Shown here in pieces: positions 38,401-47,050 of a DNA stretch of 64,000 nucleotides (its first letter is position 1; each line of letters opens with the position of its first letter). Location of the stretch: the IMG/VR virus record IMGVR_UViG_3300016744_000001; one strand, written 5' to 3'. Under the pieces are notes generated by a model that saw nothing but the letters and a program-made list of their open reading frames with translations, did no database searches and had not been told where the DNA came from. The position numbers were made by a program, and so were the translations under genes. This DNA comes from a virus (lineage: Duplodnaviria > Caudoviricetes).

Positions 38401-40086
38401 CTGTTGATCCGTGCAACTGAAATGCTTGTTGTCCCGTACCACAAGGAAGCAGCTGCAATGGCTAACCATTGCTTGCGGACATACGAACGGATGAACGCTA
38501 TTTTGTATAACGAGATGACTGCACAATTCAGAGCATTTCGTAAGCAGAAAGGTTCAACGATGCCGTATTCGATTAACCCGAATGCGGTGTTGCAACGAAT
38601 CATCCAAGACCAGACGGTCATGCAGGTTGAAGATATCAACCCGATTCATGACATCAAGATCAACACAAAACTCACCTACCTTGGTTCAGGTGGTCGTACT
38701 GCAGAGTCATTCACAGTTGCTGACCGCCGGTATCCTTCAGATGGCATGGGTGTGTTGAGTGAGGCCACCGTTGACAATGCTAACGTAGCAATCACCGCAC
38801 AAGCCAGTATGGACCCAGTGATCGGAAACGTGTACGGCATGATCAGCTCCAAGGCTGGCAAACCAGACGAACTTGATCCCACACAGATCTTGTCAGTATC
38901 GTCTCTGTTGATGCCTTGTGCAACGCAGGACGATGGTAAGCGAGCTAACTTCATCTCTGTGCAGATGAGCCACACAATGCCGACGAAAGAAGGTACCTGT
39001 GGTCGAATCCGTACCGGGTTTGAGACCATGATCGCACATCGGTGTAGTGACATCTACGCTTATGCGGCGCAACAAGATGGTTTCGTCCTTGATGTTGATG
39101 AGACCTTGAAATTGGTCAAAGTCAAGTATCAGGATGGTGGCATTCGAGCATTCTCGTATGCTACGCAGTATGGTGAGTGCAGTGACATGTGCACTGAACA
39201 GGTTCAGAAGATCACGGTGAAGAAAGGTGATCGGTTTAAGCAGCATGATATCCTACGGTACAACCCGCAGTTCTTTGAAGCTGACTTTGATCTGAATCGG
39301 CAGGTTAACTACAAACATGGTTACATCTGCAACGTTGCCTTGGTTGAAAACTCAACAACATTTGAAGACAGTAATGCGGTCACTGAGAAGTTGAGTGCTG
39401 CGCTTGAGATTGCTCCTGTAGATGTACGTGTGTTGAATGTACCAGCAACAGCTGTAGTGCATGATGCAAGGTCAATCGGAGACCATGTGGATCTCAAAGA
39501 TCCATTGTTGGTTTTTGAACTTGCCGATACAACTGACTTGACAGGTGTCACCACAAATGAATTCGCGCTAGCTTACTTGGAGAAGCTGAATCGTACAGCA
39601 CCCAAAGCAAAAGTGAAAGGTCAGGTGGTTGACGTCAGAATCCTGTATGCTTGTGAATTGTCAGACATGCATCCAACCATGCTTGCTGTAATCAACAAGT
39701 ATAACAAAACGAAGAAGAGTGTTGCCAAGTATGTGAAGGACACTGACTCAGTATACCAGTTTGCTGGGTCATCACAAGTGCCTGTTGGATCAAAGTACAA
39801 AGGGATCACGATTGATGCAAACACAGTCGTATTCCAGTTCTTGATCCGTGAGCAATTGACTCACCATGCTGGCGACAAGATGGTCATTGACTCTTCACTG
39901 AAGACAGTGTCGTGTACAGTGTTGCCAGTTGCTCCTGTGACGGAAAGTGGAGAAGAAATTGATGCGTTGTTCTCAGCGACTTCGATTTCCAACCGTATCG
40001 TTAACTCACCAATCCTAACTGGGATCACAGAGAAGGTGATGGAGAAACTGGAACAAAATGTGATTGACGTATACTTCGGTAAGTAA
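35446..40086 (+). CDS. virion RNA polymerase beta-like subunit (phiKZ gp178-like)
   Basis: DGTFLVNG, SLSSNYNK, TYLGSGGRT, GVLSEATVD, DDGKRANFISVQ, RTGFE, TFEDS, GDKMV. Confidence 0.9.
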   Translation: MNDFKGIAVNATDDQLLQAGQERLAYNIFFRTMHCWKIGDVSATKFKEAPPKIQLPLNSVVHILDNFGRIEKGEPIHDTPFLDLPFIRNENFRKYMYHVQEPVTDGILKTPTDYIYRTMQLQRNLEKFKSQNSGKYLIIRNMAQIGERGPFLGIINHNPVFRLFCRGIMPYWRAVNHCLTSVFNVALQMPEKLHYFFIPLAPKIFVKSKFQQTSFRITTGSLIEKTSYQYMLFVHLYNFVNAVCTVPSLFDQIPKDMLSKLNLVFYMGDEFLFWSLQDLITLNERNQIYTKLFNHFNGFVLHGIAKEQAKAISVVDFNDPTDSREQTAINDDQIEKSIADNFCKITASNRSEVLGSSTGQSAETTDALLTKADERDLERLLVSINGVNFNMSTKDMTSLDISDVNELVEKESNDPIDSVTTSEDNPEEDGQDDSPQVYPDEEAVKEFFSPVYQTEEELNSVRLPNDDHTPVESPEQMVKMGEAYMQQLDQKAITTIQKNPILTMAQKERALKMAQSYKTVEFNGIPLAKLITSKVDPRIGPVSDVTNLKDALPDPSMIHSSITDLDQVYLKKMHHRHMAAVAASMAAHGMYLQAIEERVTNTELTQTKDYSFKYKTVHGKQHSINFSMPIIRDDGTFLVNGIRSVMSKQLYNKPIAKISPTRVSLSSNYNKTIVEKLSASSHDFAVYFNNVVNYINSANPKALEVEYGIRKFDGEVDCAYEYMQIAKRYSAIKINHQSQKATSFLYFGDPADRKAVMFEPMRNLTPAQWKEIEAYEKEHKVIFIGMKSGTAAYCPAYYYIDRGSRLIMTGVWEKETFTVPISILDLIQGATGVSYGKQLTEWVDIKILDGKFPVGFLLCYRFGLLTMLRRMNAKYKIVNTRALKNENLKATDVVLRFADNKALVIPRYPLKVSLIFQGLAMFDLKLGAIEEYEHKDIYYRLLMDKKQGNGRTNYLIGIDDTFDMFIDTMTYDRLVQMKEPTTFEGLLIRATEMLVVPYHKEAAAMANHCLRTYERMNAILYNEMTAQFRAFRKQKGSTMPYSINPNAVLQRIIQDQTVMQVEDINPIHDIKINTKLTYLGSGGRTAESFTVADRRYPSDGMGVLSEATVDNANVAITAQASMDPVIGNVYGMISSKAGKPDELDPTQILSVSSLLMPCATQDDGKRANFISVQMSHTMPTKEGTCGRIRTGFETMIAHRCSDIYAYAAQQDGFVLDVDETLKLVKVKYQDGGIRAFSYATQYGECSDMCTEQVQKITVKKGDRFKQHDILRYNPQFFEADFDLNRQVNYKHGYICNVALVENSTTFEDSNAVTEKLSAALEIAPVDVRVLNVPATAVVHDARSIGDHVDLKDPLLVFELADTTDLTGVTTNEFALAYLEKLNRTAPKAKVKGQVVDVRILYACELSDMHPTMLAVINKYNKTKKSVAKYVKDTDSVYQFAGSSQVPVGSKYKGITIDANTVVFQFLIREQLTHHAGDKMVIDSSLKTVSCTVLPVAPVTESGEEIDALFSATSISNRIVNSPILTGITEKVMEKLEQNVIDVYFGK

Positions 40087-40090
40087 CTTA

Positions 40091-40126
40091 GATAGACCAA
40101 GCTGGATTGCTCCAGCTTGGTCTATC
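40091..40126. terminator. 16-bp perfect hairpin
   Basis: gatagaccaagctgga-ttgc-tccagcttggtctatc. Confidence 0.65.
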
Positions 40127-40150
40127 GTGTAAATCAATTCAAGTTACAGC

Positions 40151-40158
40151 TATATAAC
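40151..40158 (+). promoter_or_regulatory. putative early promoter TATATAAC
   Basis: motif variant after a terminator and before a standalone gene with strong SD. Confidence 0.5.
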
Positions 40159-40211
40159 AACTGTGAAGAAGCAATCCCTGCTCTTCTAAACAAACTCCGA
40201 AGGAGTCTATC

Positions 40212-40631
40212 ATGACCATGCTTACCGCTGAAAATTTCGACACCGTCATCAAGTCCCTGGAATCCAGCACCGACGTCATCCCCAGCTGGAGCTTCCCCAT
40301 GGTTCTGGTCAACATGAAGCCGGAGCTGATGGAGTACACCTGTCAGCTGTACCTGGGAAACCCTGGTGACAGTGGCTACATCAACACCCCCGTTGACGCC
40401 AAGCTGGTCTACGTGGCATATTGCCAGGGTGTGGCCCTTGTGTTCTTCATGCACAAGGGCCACAACAACATGGTTCAGTTCAGTATGGTGCGCACCGGAG
40501 CGGACCACGTCAATGGTAAGATACGCACCACTGGTGGTGCACTCTTCACCACCAGTCTCCTCAACAATCTTCCTAAGAGCTTCGGCAGCTTTGCCGAGCT
40601 TTGCGACAAGTATGAGGCTCTGTTGAGTTAA
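40212..40631 (+). CDS. hypothetical (probably early) protein
   Basis: SD AAGGAG; 139 aa. Confidence 0.75.
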   Translation: MTMLTAENFDTVIKSLESSTDVIPSWSFPMVLVNMKPELMEYTCQLYLGNPGDSGYINTPVDAKLVYVAYCQGVALVFFMHKGHNNMVQFSMVRTGADHVNGKIRTTGGALFTTSLLNNLPKSFGSFAELCDKYEALLS

Positions 40632-40638
40632 CCTTAAC

Positions 40639-40672
40639 CTAGTGAGAGGCAGCAGTTGCTGCCTCTCACTAG
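40639..40672. terminator. perfect palindromic hairpin
   Basis: ctagtgagaggcagca-gt-tgctgcctctcactag. Confidence 0.65.
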
Positions 40673-40700
40673 ACATACTAACGGTAAAGTTTTTTTTGTG

Positions 40701-40732
40701 GTAGACCAGACCACCGAAGTGGCCTGGCCTAC
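40701..40732 (-). terminator. minus-strand hairpin with UUCG tetraloop
   Basis: gtaggccaggccac-ttcg-gtggtctggtctac, with two G-U pairs on - strand. Confidence 0.65.
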
Positions 40733-40751
40733 TGACAGCTTAAACCCACAT

Positions 40752-40814
40752 GGAGGCAATCACATCTCTCAAGGATGTAATCATGACGAGGTGCAGCTCA
40801 TCATTCTGCCATCC
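40752..40814 (-). ncRNA. putative three-way-junction RNA in a 3' trailer
   Basis: P1 gga(t)ggca/tgcctcc, P2 atgatgag/ctcgtcat, P3 attacatc/gatgtgat; G-U pairs valid only on - strand. Confidence 0.45.
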
Positions 40815-40826
40815 TATTAGTGTCGA

Positions 40827-41432
40827 CTAATAACAATCAATTTCTTTCAAGATGACAAAAGATTGTCGAAGTAAATACACCAGATCAATTGAGAGCTGGC
40901 CAATCAAACAACGACAGTGATTGCTAATCGCCGATGGAATTTGTGGGTATTCATTGGTCAGTGCAGTCACGTATTCCTGAATGAGATCACCATGGTTTTG
41001 ATGCCGGTGATAATGTACATCCAAGACATGTTTCACTGATTTATACCCAAGAGAAGCCAATTGGTATTTTTGGCCTCCATCTTTGATTCTAAACGCATTT
41101 CGGTATGCACCGATGTCAATACTAAACTTACGTGTCTTTCGTCCGTCTAGGAGGTAAAGACAGCGATTTTTGATGCTCTCTGAGATTGTCGTGAACATCT
41201 CACAGTACTCTGGTGCACTCCAAGCAGGAACAAGACAGTCAGCAAGAATGTTATTTGAATAACAGTCAAGTTGATCATCCAGTTTCTTAAACTTGAGAGT
41301 CAACCAAGAGCAGAGTCGATTGTACTCCTGACTTTGTGAGTTGAGGGTCAATCCGAGCTGGTCAATTGACAGCTTGTTCGGATTAATGGCATTCAACATC
41401 ACCCCAGCAAGATGACTTTCTCGGTTTGTCAT
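40827..41432 (-). CDS. hypothetical protein
   Basis: 201 aa; SD GAGG. Confidence 0.7.
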   Translation of the reverse strand: MTNRESHLAGVMLNAINPNKLSIDQLGLTLNSQSQEYNRLCSWLTLKFKKLDDQLDCYSNNILADCLVPAWSAPEYCEMFTTISESIKNRCLYLLDGRKTRKFSIDIGAYRNAFRIKDGGQKYQLASLGYKSVKHVLDVHYHRHQNHGDLIQEYVTALTNEYPQIPSAISNHCRCLIGQLSIDLVYLLRQSFVILKEIDCY

Positions 41433-41437
41433 GACGA

Positions 41438-43210
41438 CTACCTCTTAAAGCAGTCGAGAACAAAAGTAGTATCAAACCCATTGAAGATTGCTGTTTGTGA
41501 CAGCAGTGATGCTACCTGATACAGGTAACTGAGTTTGTACACATGTTCCCCATGAATTTCACTGGGGAATGTGTTCACAAGCTGATCAACCAATTGAAGA
41601 CTTCCTTTCAATTGATCAACCGCTTCGAGGTTTGCATTGACCGCTGCCAACAGAATCTTCTGTTGTTCAAAGTCAGAATAACCAAGCTGATCCGCTGTGG
41701 TTTTTTCTTCAATGAACTTGTTGTTGCGGTAGGTGGAGGCAAACTTGAAAGCCATTGTCATACTGGACAGATTACTGTTCGCAGCCACCAAGTTCTTGTC
41801 ACAAGCAAGCTTGATGTCTTCTTTGAACTTGTTAAACTCGGTCACACCCATTTCCAACGTATCCCAGCTGTTCGCCGGAGTAGTCTGACCACTCACTGAG
41901 TTGAGATATTCAGTAAAGGTATCCATGGCTGCTTTCCAGTTGGAAAGGAATTCTACCGCTTGCTTGCAGGTCATTGCTGGAACCTCAGTTTCAGCGGTTT
42001 CCAGCTTTTCAGTGTGAACACCAAAAAGCTGTTTGACTGCTGTGAGTTTTTCGGAAGCACCAGCAAGCAAGACATCACAGTACTTCAGGCTGGGTTGAAT
42101 GAAAGAAGTGCTGTACGTGTTGCTTCTGCCATGCAAGAAATCGAAAAACGATTCAGGTTCGTGTACCAAACTTTCAAGCTGGTACTCTGTCTGGGCAGGG
42201 GCAACAAAGTTCGCCGTGTCATCGAGAGTGGTGTACACTCCAAGTTCTTCACACACTTTCGCGAACTCACGAATCTCAGTGGCCAGACAGGGATATACGA
42301 CCTGAAGGATCAGATTGGTTGCAGCTGTGATTCGGTTAAACCGGCACAACGCCGCTGCATGACTGTCGATGGCGTCACCCTGATACGTAGCATCGGGGAT
42401 TTGACTGATCGCTTGGAACATCCTGGGTGGGCTATCTCCGTATCTGGGAGTTTCCACCAACCAGGTGAAGTGCAGTTTGTTGACATTACTGGCCAACTTG
42501 CAGATTTCTGTAAACAAGTTGTTGCAGTCAATGTTGTTGTATCTGGCCTCGGCAGCGGAAGCATACCTGGTTGTGTTGCGCATGCTGCTCACACCAAGGA
42601 ACGGATCGATTTCATCTGACAACACTTGATCAACCAACTGCAAAGACTTTTCAGTCTTACAACGATTGATCAACTGAGTCAACGTTGACCCAAGATCCTG
42701 TTCGTGTTCAACAGGTTCGCTGATGATCGCTTTGATGTCCATCAGCTTGGCGACAACATTGGAAAGCAGTTCAATTTTTGTTTGCACAAACGGCAGGCTG
42801 ACAACATCCGTCAAACAAGGAAGACCAAGCTTGTCATTGGGGATTGACTGTACCTTGTTTATCCGGTACTGAAGCTCCATGGCGATCCGGGCATCGTGGA
42901 TCAGTTCATCAAACGCACCCATGGTTTTGGAGACGGATGACATGTAGTGTCGTTGGGAGACGACAAGCTTTTTCAGCTGGGCATACGCCGTGCTGTTGTA
43001 GATCTGTCGTTGGATTGACAACTGCTCAGGCAGCGCTGTTTGTGTGGTCAACGAAGTCGCTTGCTGATTCGCAAGGGTGTCAGCGTATTCCTGTTTGTGT
43101 TTCTGGACGGTTGATCCTGATTGACTAAGATTCTGCAAGATTTCACGGCTTTTTGTCGTAACATTTTCACTCTTGCTGAACTGCTTCACAAAGTTCGATC
43201 GCTGGGTCAT
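41438..43210 (-). CDS. putative virion (head) protein
   Basis: 590 aa, helical; SD GGAGG; in structural block. Confidence 0.65.
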   Translation of the reverse strand: MTQRSNFVKQFSKSENVTTKSREILQNLSQSGSTVQKHKQEYADTLANQQATSLTTQTALPEQLSIQRQIYNSTAYAQLKKLVVSQRHYMSSVSKTMGAFDELIHDARIAMELQYRINKVQSIPNDKLGLPCLTDVVSLPFVQTKIELLSNVVAKLMDIKAIISEPVEHEQDLGSTLTQLINRCKTEKSLQLVDQVLSDEIDPFLGVSSMRNTTRYASAAEARYNNIDCNNLFTEICKLASNVNKLHFTWLVETPRYGDSPPRMFQAISQIPDATYQGDAIDSHAAALCRFNRITAATNLILQVVYPCLATEIREFAKVCEELGVYTTLDDTANFVAPAQTEYQLESLVHEPESFFDFLHGRSNTYSTSFIQPSLKYCDVLLAGASEKLTAVKQLFGVHTEKLETAETEVPAMTCKQAVEFLSNWKAAMDTFTEYLNSVSGQTTPANSWDTLEMGVTEFNKFKEDIKLACDKNLVAANSNLSSMTMAFKFASTYRNNKFIEEKTTADQLGYSDFEQQKILLAAVNANLEAVDQLKGSLQLVDQLVNTFPSEIHGEHVYKLSYLYQVASLLSQTAIFNGFDTTFVLDCFKR

Positions 43211-43221
43211 GGTTTTTCCTC

Positions 43222-44199
43222 CTACCCATTATCAGGGGTAGCTATACAACGTTCAGTGGCGGTTGCCAGTTTGCCGATATCTGCGAAGATATCCGTAGTC
43301 ACGGTATAAGCAGCTTTGGCGAAATGAGCAATCCACCAAAGCCGAGCAGCTTTGATTTTTAGCTCATGTTCACGAGCATCTTTTTCTTTTTCACTGAGAT
43401 CGTCCATCTCAGTCGTCAATTCAAATTTGTCCAAGGCTTCCAGACAAGATTCGTACCTGTTTTGGAATTCTTGGATGTACTTTGGATCAGCGTACTGCGA
43501 GAGCTTATCACAGCGATCAATCAGACCAAGGATACCCTTGGGAGTGTACTTGTGCAAGAGCAACGGCTGTTTCTTTCGTGCGTCTCCGTATACCTTAGAG
43601 ACGTTTGACAAGAATTCATAATGACGAGCTTGGAATCCAATCCGTTCCATCGCAGCAATTGCTCTGTCACATTCAGGTGTCATCCAACTGTTAGTGGATG
43701 GAATTGTTGTGTCATAAATGGTCTTAACACTGCTCAATGCCCGGTGCACTGCTTCTACTGCAGTAACCCGTTTACACAGCTGATCATACGGTACGACTTT
43801 CAGCATGTAAGCATCAAACTTTTCACCATCAAGATCTCGAGCATTTTTCCACACTCGAATTTTGTAGTTGGTCAAGATCTGGGTATAACTGAGAAAGGTT
43901 GTCTCAGCATTGTTTCTCAGGGCAGTAAAGATGCGATCACTGAGAAATGCCAGACCATTACCCAGATACTTTACAGCCATACCGGCAAAAGTGACAAGGG
44001 CACCATTCAGATCCTCACAACCAGATTGGAGACCCATTTGGTAACCGGTGTCTTGGTCAGGCAGCAAATCTGGAGTGATGTCCATCATGCCAAGACGGAT
44101 CTTCAACGCAAGATAGATTCGATTCCACTCAGCATCAGGGAGTGTTTTAGCCGCAAGAAGGGCTTGTGCCCGCTGGCTAGAAGATCTGAATTTGGTCAT
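43222..44199 (-). CDS. putative internal head protein
   Basis: G-x-E (SGCE) followed by an amphipathic helix, as in processed phiKZ head proteins. Confidence 0.6.
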   Translation of the reverse strand: MTKFRSSSQRAQALLAAKTLPDAEWNRIYLALKIRLGMMDITPDLLPDQDTGYQMGLQSGCEDLNGALVTFAGMAVKYLGNGLAFLSDRIFTALRNNAETTFLSYTQILTNYKIRVWKNARDLDGEKFDAYMLKVVPYDQLCKRVTAVEAVHRALSSVKTIYDTTIPSTNSWMTPECDRAIAAMERIGFQARHYEFLSNVSKVYGDARKKQPLLLHKYTPKGILGLIDRCDKLSQYADPKYIQEFQNRYESCLEALDKFELTTEMDDLSEKEKDAREHELKIKAARLWWIAHFAKAAYTVTTDIFADIGKLATATERCIATPDNG

Positions 44200-44368
44200 G
44201 TGTAATACTCCAAGTATATACTGTAGAAGTAGTTGCATACGGTTGCTGGTTCACCAAATATAATAGGCGATATCCAACACCATATGACTTTCGCATAAGA
44301 TGCCCACTGGCATGTAGTGAAATTACCACAAGAGTTTAACCAACAACAATACTGTTAAGGTGGAAAAG

Positions 44369-44629
44369 ATGTCACAACTGAACGTAACAATCCCGACTGT
44401 TCAGTCAGCCACATCCCAGCAGCTGACCCCGTTTCAAAGAGAAGTTCAAATGAACAAAACGGTTCAGGAATACCGTGGCGTCTTTGCCATGTTGCTGGTT
44501 CATGGCGTGCTGATGGACACCGTTGAAGACGCTGGGGATGAATCCTCAACCGAAGGCAAGGCTGAAGTGGCGAACATGATCGCTGACAAAATTGGTGTTC
44601 AGGCAGCGATGCCTGCGCAAACGAGGTAA
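44369..44629 (+). CDS. small hypothetical protein
   Basis: SD AAGGTGG; 86 aa. Confidence 0.65.
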   Translation: MSQLNVTIPTVQSATSQQLTPFQREVQMNKTVQEYRGVFAMLLVHGVLMDTVEDAGDESSTEGKAEVANMIADKIGVQAAMPAQTR

Positions 44630-44634
44630 TCATC

Positions 44635-46407
44635 ATGGGAATCATCTTCAGTGCCATTGCTCAGCCGAGCTACATGTTGACCCCAGAAAAAGTTCGTCAG
44701 GATACCGAATTTGCGATCATCCTTGACAACCTCACCGATCACATTCTTCACACTCGTCTTGAAAAAGGCGATCTGACCACGGCAGAATTTGCGGCTAAGG
44801 TCATGGATGAATACTTCTCCACCGTTGGTGTGAACGACATGTACAGCTTGCGTGACATGTCGTACAAGCTGCGCACTTCTTTTGCGGATGCATATCACGT
44901 CCTCACAACAGTGATCGCTCCAGAAATTGAAATGCTGTCCAAACGGATTGACGATCTGGCCAGCCAGATGTTGGACAAACGTCTTGGTCACACCGACAAC
45001 CAAGGCAACTATAGTGCAGCCGCTCCGAAGTTCCGGCTGCTTGATGTGCAGCAGATGTACCAACGGTACAATCAGAATGCTCGTGATTGCGCCGTGCAGT
45101 TGTGCAAGAAGTACAACTACCATGTTGAGTATCTGAACAATACCAACATCTCTGATCTGCTCACACGTATTGCCCCAACCAATGACATCCAAGTCAGCTC
45201 CGACACACTGAGCGCGATTCTGGAAGACTCGATCATTATCATCAAGTCTGACGGTGACGGTGAAGTGGTGGTTAACACCAGCGAACCTGATGCTGTTAAG
45301 GTTGACGGTGATGGGTCCAATGTCACCGTTAATGGTGACACCACACCGGATGATAACGGTGGTAGCTCAGAAAGCACACCTGAAGAAGGTGGCAATGCCA
45401 ACGTGGATATCACGACTGGCAATGATGACGCCAACATCTCAGTGTCCATCAATGGTGAAGAAGTCACCACTGAAGAAAAGGAACTGTTGGCAATGATGCT
45501 GAAGGCTTGCTTCAGTTCATTGAGCTTCCAGCAGCTGAAGTCACGTCTGTTCGCCGAAAAAGGTATGGTCCGTGGCTCCAACCTGTTGGATACCCTGTAC
45601 TTCCTGTCGCACTCGTTGCACACCTTGGTTGAAAAGGCTGGCAGCAAACATCTGTCACCGACGACCATGTTGATGGTTCGTGAAAACCTGTCACGAGTTC
45701 ACGAACTGCAGATGGGTGCGCTGATCTTCTTGGATGTGCAATCCACAAAATTTGCGGACAAGCTGATCATCGACCGCAACCTGCTGAACAAGAACCTGGT
45801 GAACAAAGCGATCGCTGATGGCGTCGACATCTATCCTGTTCTCCGGGACTACATGCGGGTTTACCACAACAACAACCCTGAGGACATCTACCATGCGCAG
45901 ATGCAAGATCAATCCTTTGGCAGTGGCATTACTTACGATCAGGTTGTGGTTACACGGTACAACGTTGAACAGAAACTGATCAACGCGAAATCCTCCACCG
46001 TGAATGACATGAAGAACCTGATGACTGACACTCGTCGTCAGGCCTACAAGTCAGTGCTGACCACGTATGTTCGTGAAGTGGCGGCTCGCAGCAGTGATGC
46101 CCAGCTCAAGGTCAACCCCAACGACAAAGGCCAGTTCATCACCCGTAATGATCAACGGATCGACGTGGCGTGTGAACTCATGCAGACAAAGAGCGACACA
46201 GTCAGTGTCGAGGACATGCTGTACAACTTCTATCTGTCCAACTGGTACGGTGGGACGATGGTCGAAGAACTCTATCGCTACATGAGTGAGTATCTTCGTC
46301 AGTCAGCCACCACAACAAAGCTTACCGCTGAGACAGTGAAGATGGCGAAAGCCCAAGCGATCGCTGACATCGGCAGCAAGTTCATGTTTGACTCGTTTAT
46401 CCGGTAG
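44635..46407 (+). CDS. putative virion structural protein with acidic D/G/T-rich insert
   Basis: 590 aa; SD GAGG. Confidence 0.65.
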   Translation: MGIIFSAIAQPSYMLTPEKVRQDTEFAIILDNLTDHILHTRLEKGDLTTAEFAAKVMDEYFSTVGVNDMYSLRDMSYKLRTSFADAYHVLTTVIAPEIEMLSKRIDDLASQMLDKRLGHTDNQGNYSAAAPKFRLLDVQQMYQRYNQNARDCAVQLCKKYNYHVEYLNNTNISDLLTRIAPTNDIQVSSDTLSAILEDSIIIIKSDGDGEVVVNTSEPDAVKVDGDGSNVTVNGDTTPDDNGGSSESTPEEGGNANVDITTGNDDANISVSINGEEVTTEEKELLAMMLKACFSSLSFQQLKSRLFAEKGMVRGSNLLDTLYFLSHSLHTLVEKAGSKHLSPTTMLMVRENLSRVHELQMGALIFLDVQSTKFADKLIIDRNLLNKNLVNKAIADGVDIYPVLRDYMRVYHNNNPEDIYHAQMQDQSFGSGITYDQVVVTRYNVEQKLINAKSSTVNDMKNLMTDTRRQAYKSVLTTYVREVAARSSDAQLKVNPNDKGQFITRNDQRIDVACELMQTKSDTVSVEDMLYNFYLSNWYGGTMVEELYRYMSEYLRQSATTTKLTAETVKMAKAQAIADIGSKFMFDSFIR

Positions 46408-46418
46408 CCGGATTCTCA

Positions 46419-46449
46419 TACCTGAGCAGGGTAATCCCCTGCTCAGGTA
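46419..46449. terminator. perfect hairpin
   Basis: tacctgagcaggg-taatc-ccctgctcaggta. Confidence 0.6.
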
Positions 46450-46476
46450 CTCTGTATTGTGTGTGAGGTATGTGCA

Positions 46477-47007
46477 ATGACAAACGGTTTGAGCACGAAT
46501 ATTGTTAAACACACGTTGATTTGTAAACTGGATGCTGAGAAAACTGAATTCACCACAGATCAAATTGATCGGGTGTGTGGTTTGCTTAACTCAGATACAA
46601 CCGATCCAAAGTTGCAAAAAATTCAGGAGTGTTTAGTCAACCTATTCGCAAAGTTTGAAACGAAAAAAATTGACACTGTCTGCAACTACCCGGAAGACTT
46701 TGAGGTATTGACCCAAGCCATCAAGTTTTTGACTTTGGAGTTGATTAAACTCACTGGTGGCAGTGGGTTGTTTACGTATCCGATTCTCTTTCATGGTAGT
46801 CGGTTGGCGGCAGTTACCTGGAAAGGAACTGCTAACTTCGTGACAGACGAGACCGTCAAGCCATTTCGTTCGTTAGCTGGAGATGAGTTTGTGTATTACT
46901 ACTATTCAGCAAATGCTGAAGTAGAATTCTCATATACACGAGCTGATCACTGTACATTTAGTGTGAAACTTCCAAAAGAACTGGTCACTGAAAAATGCTT
47001 TTCTTGA
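46477..47007 (+). CDS. hypothetical protein
   Basis: SD GAGG; 176 aa; standalone gene between two hairpins. Confidence 0.65.
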   Translation: MTNGLSTNIVKHTLICKLDAEKTEFTTDQIDRVCGLLNSDTTDPKLQKIQECLVNLFAKFETKKIDTVCNYPEDFEVLTQAIKFLTLELIKLTGGSGLFTYPILFHGSRLAAVTWKGTANFVTDETVKPFRSLAGDEFVYYYYSANAEVEFSYTRADHCTFSVKLPKELVTEKCFS

Positions 47008-47010
47008 TAA

Positions 47011-47043
47011 CTCACTACCAGCAGGAATCCTGCTGGTAGTGAG
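47011..47043. terminator. bidirectional palindrome between convergent genes
   Basis: ctcactaccagcagga-a-tcctgctggtagtgag. Confidence 0.7.
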
Positions 47044-47050
47044 CTTGTAA

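Noticed and set aside
40783-40830. 15-codon + strand mini-ORF
   Set aside because: It lies downstream of the + strand terminator, and the local structure favours a - strand RNA.
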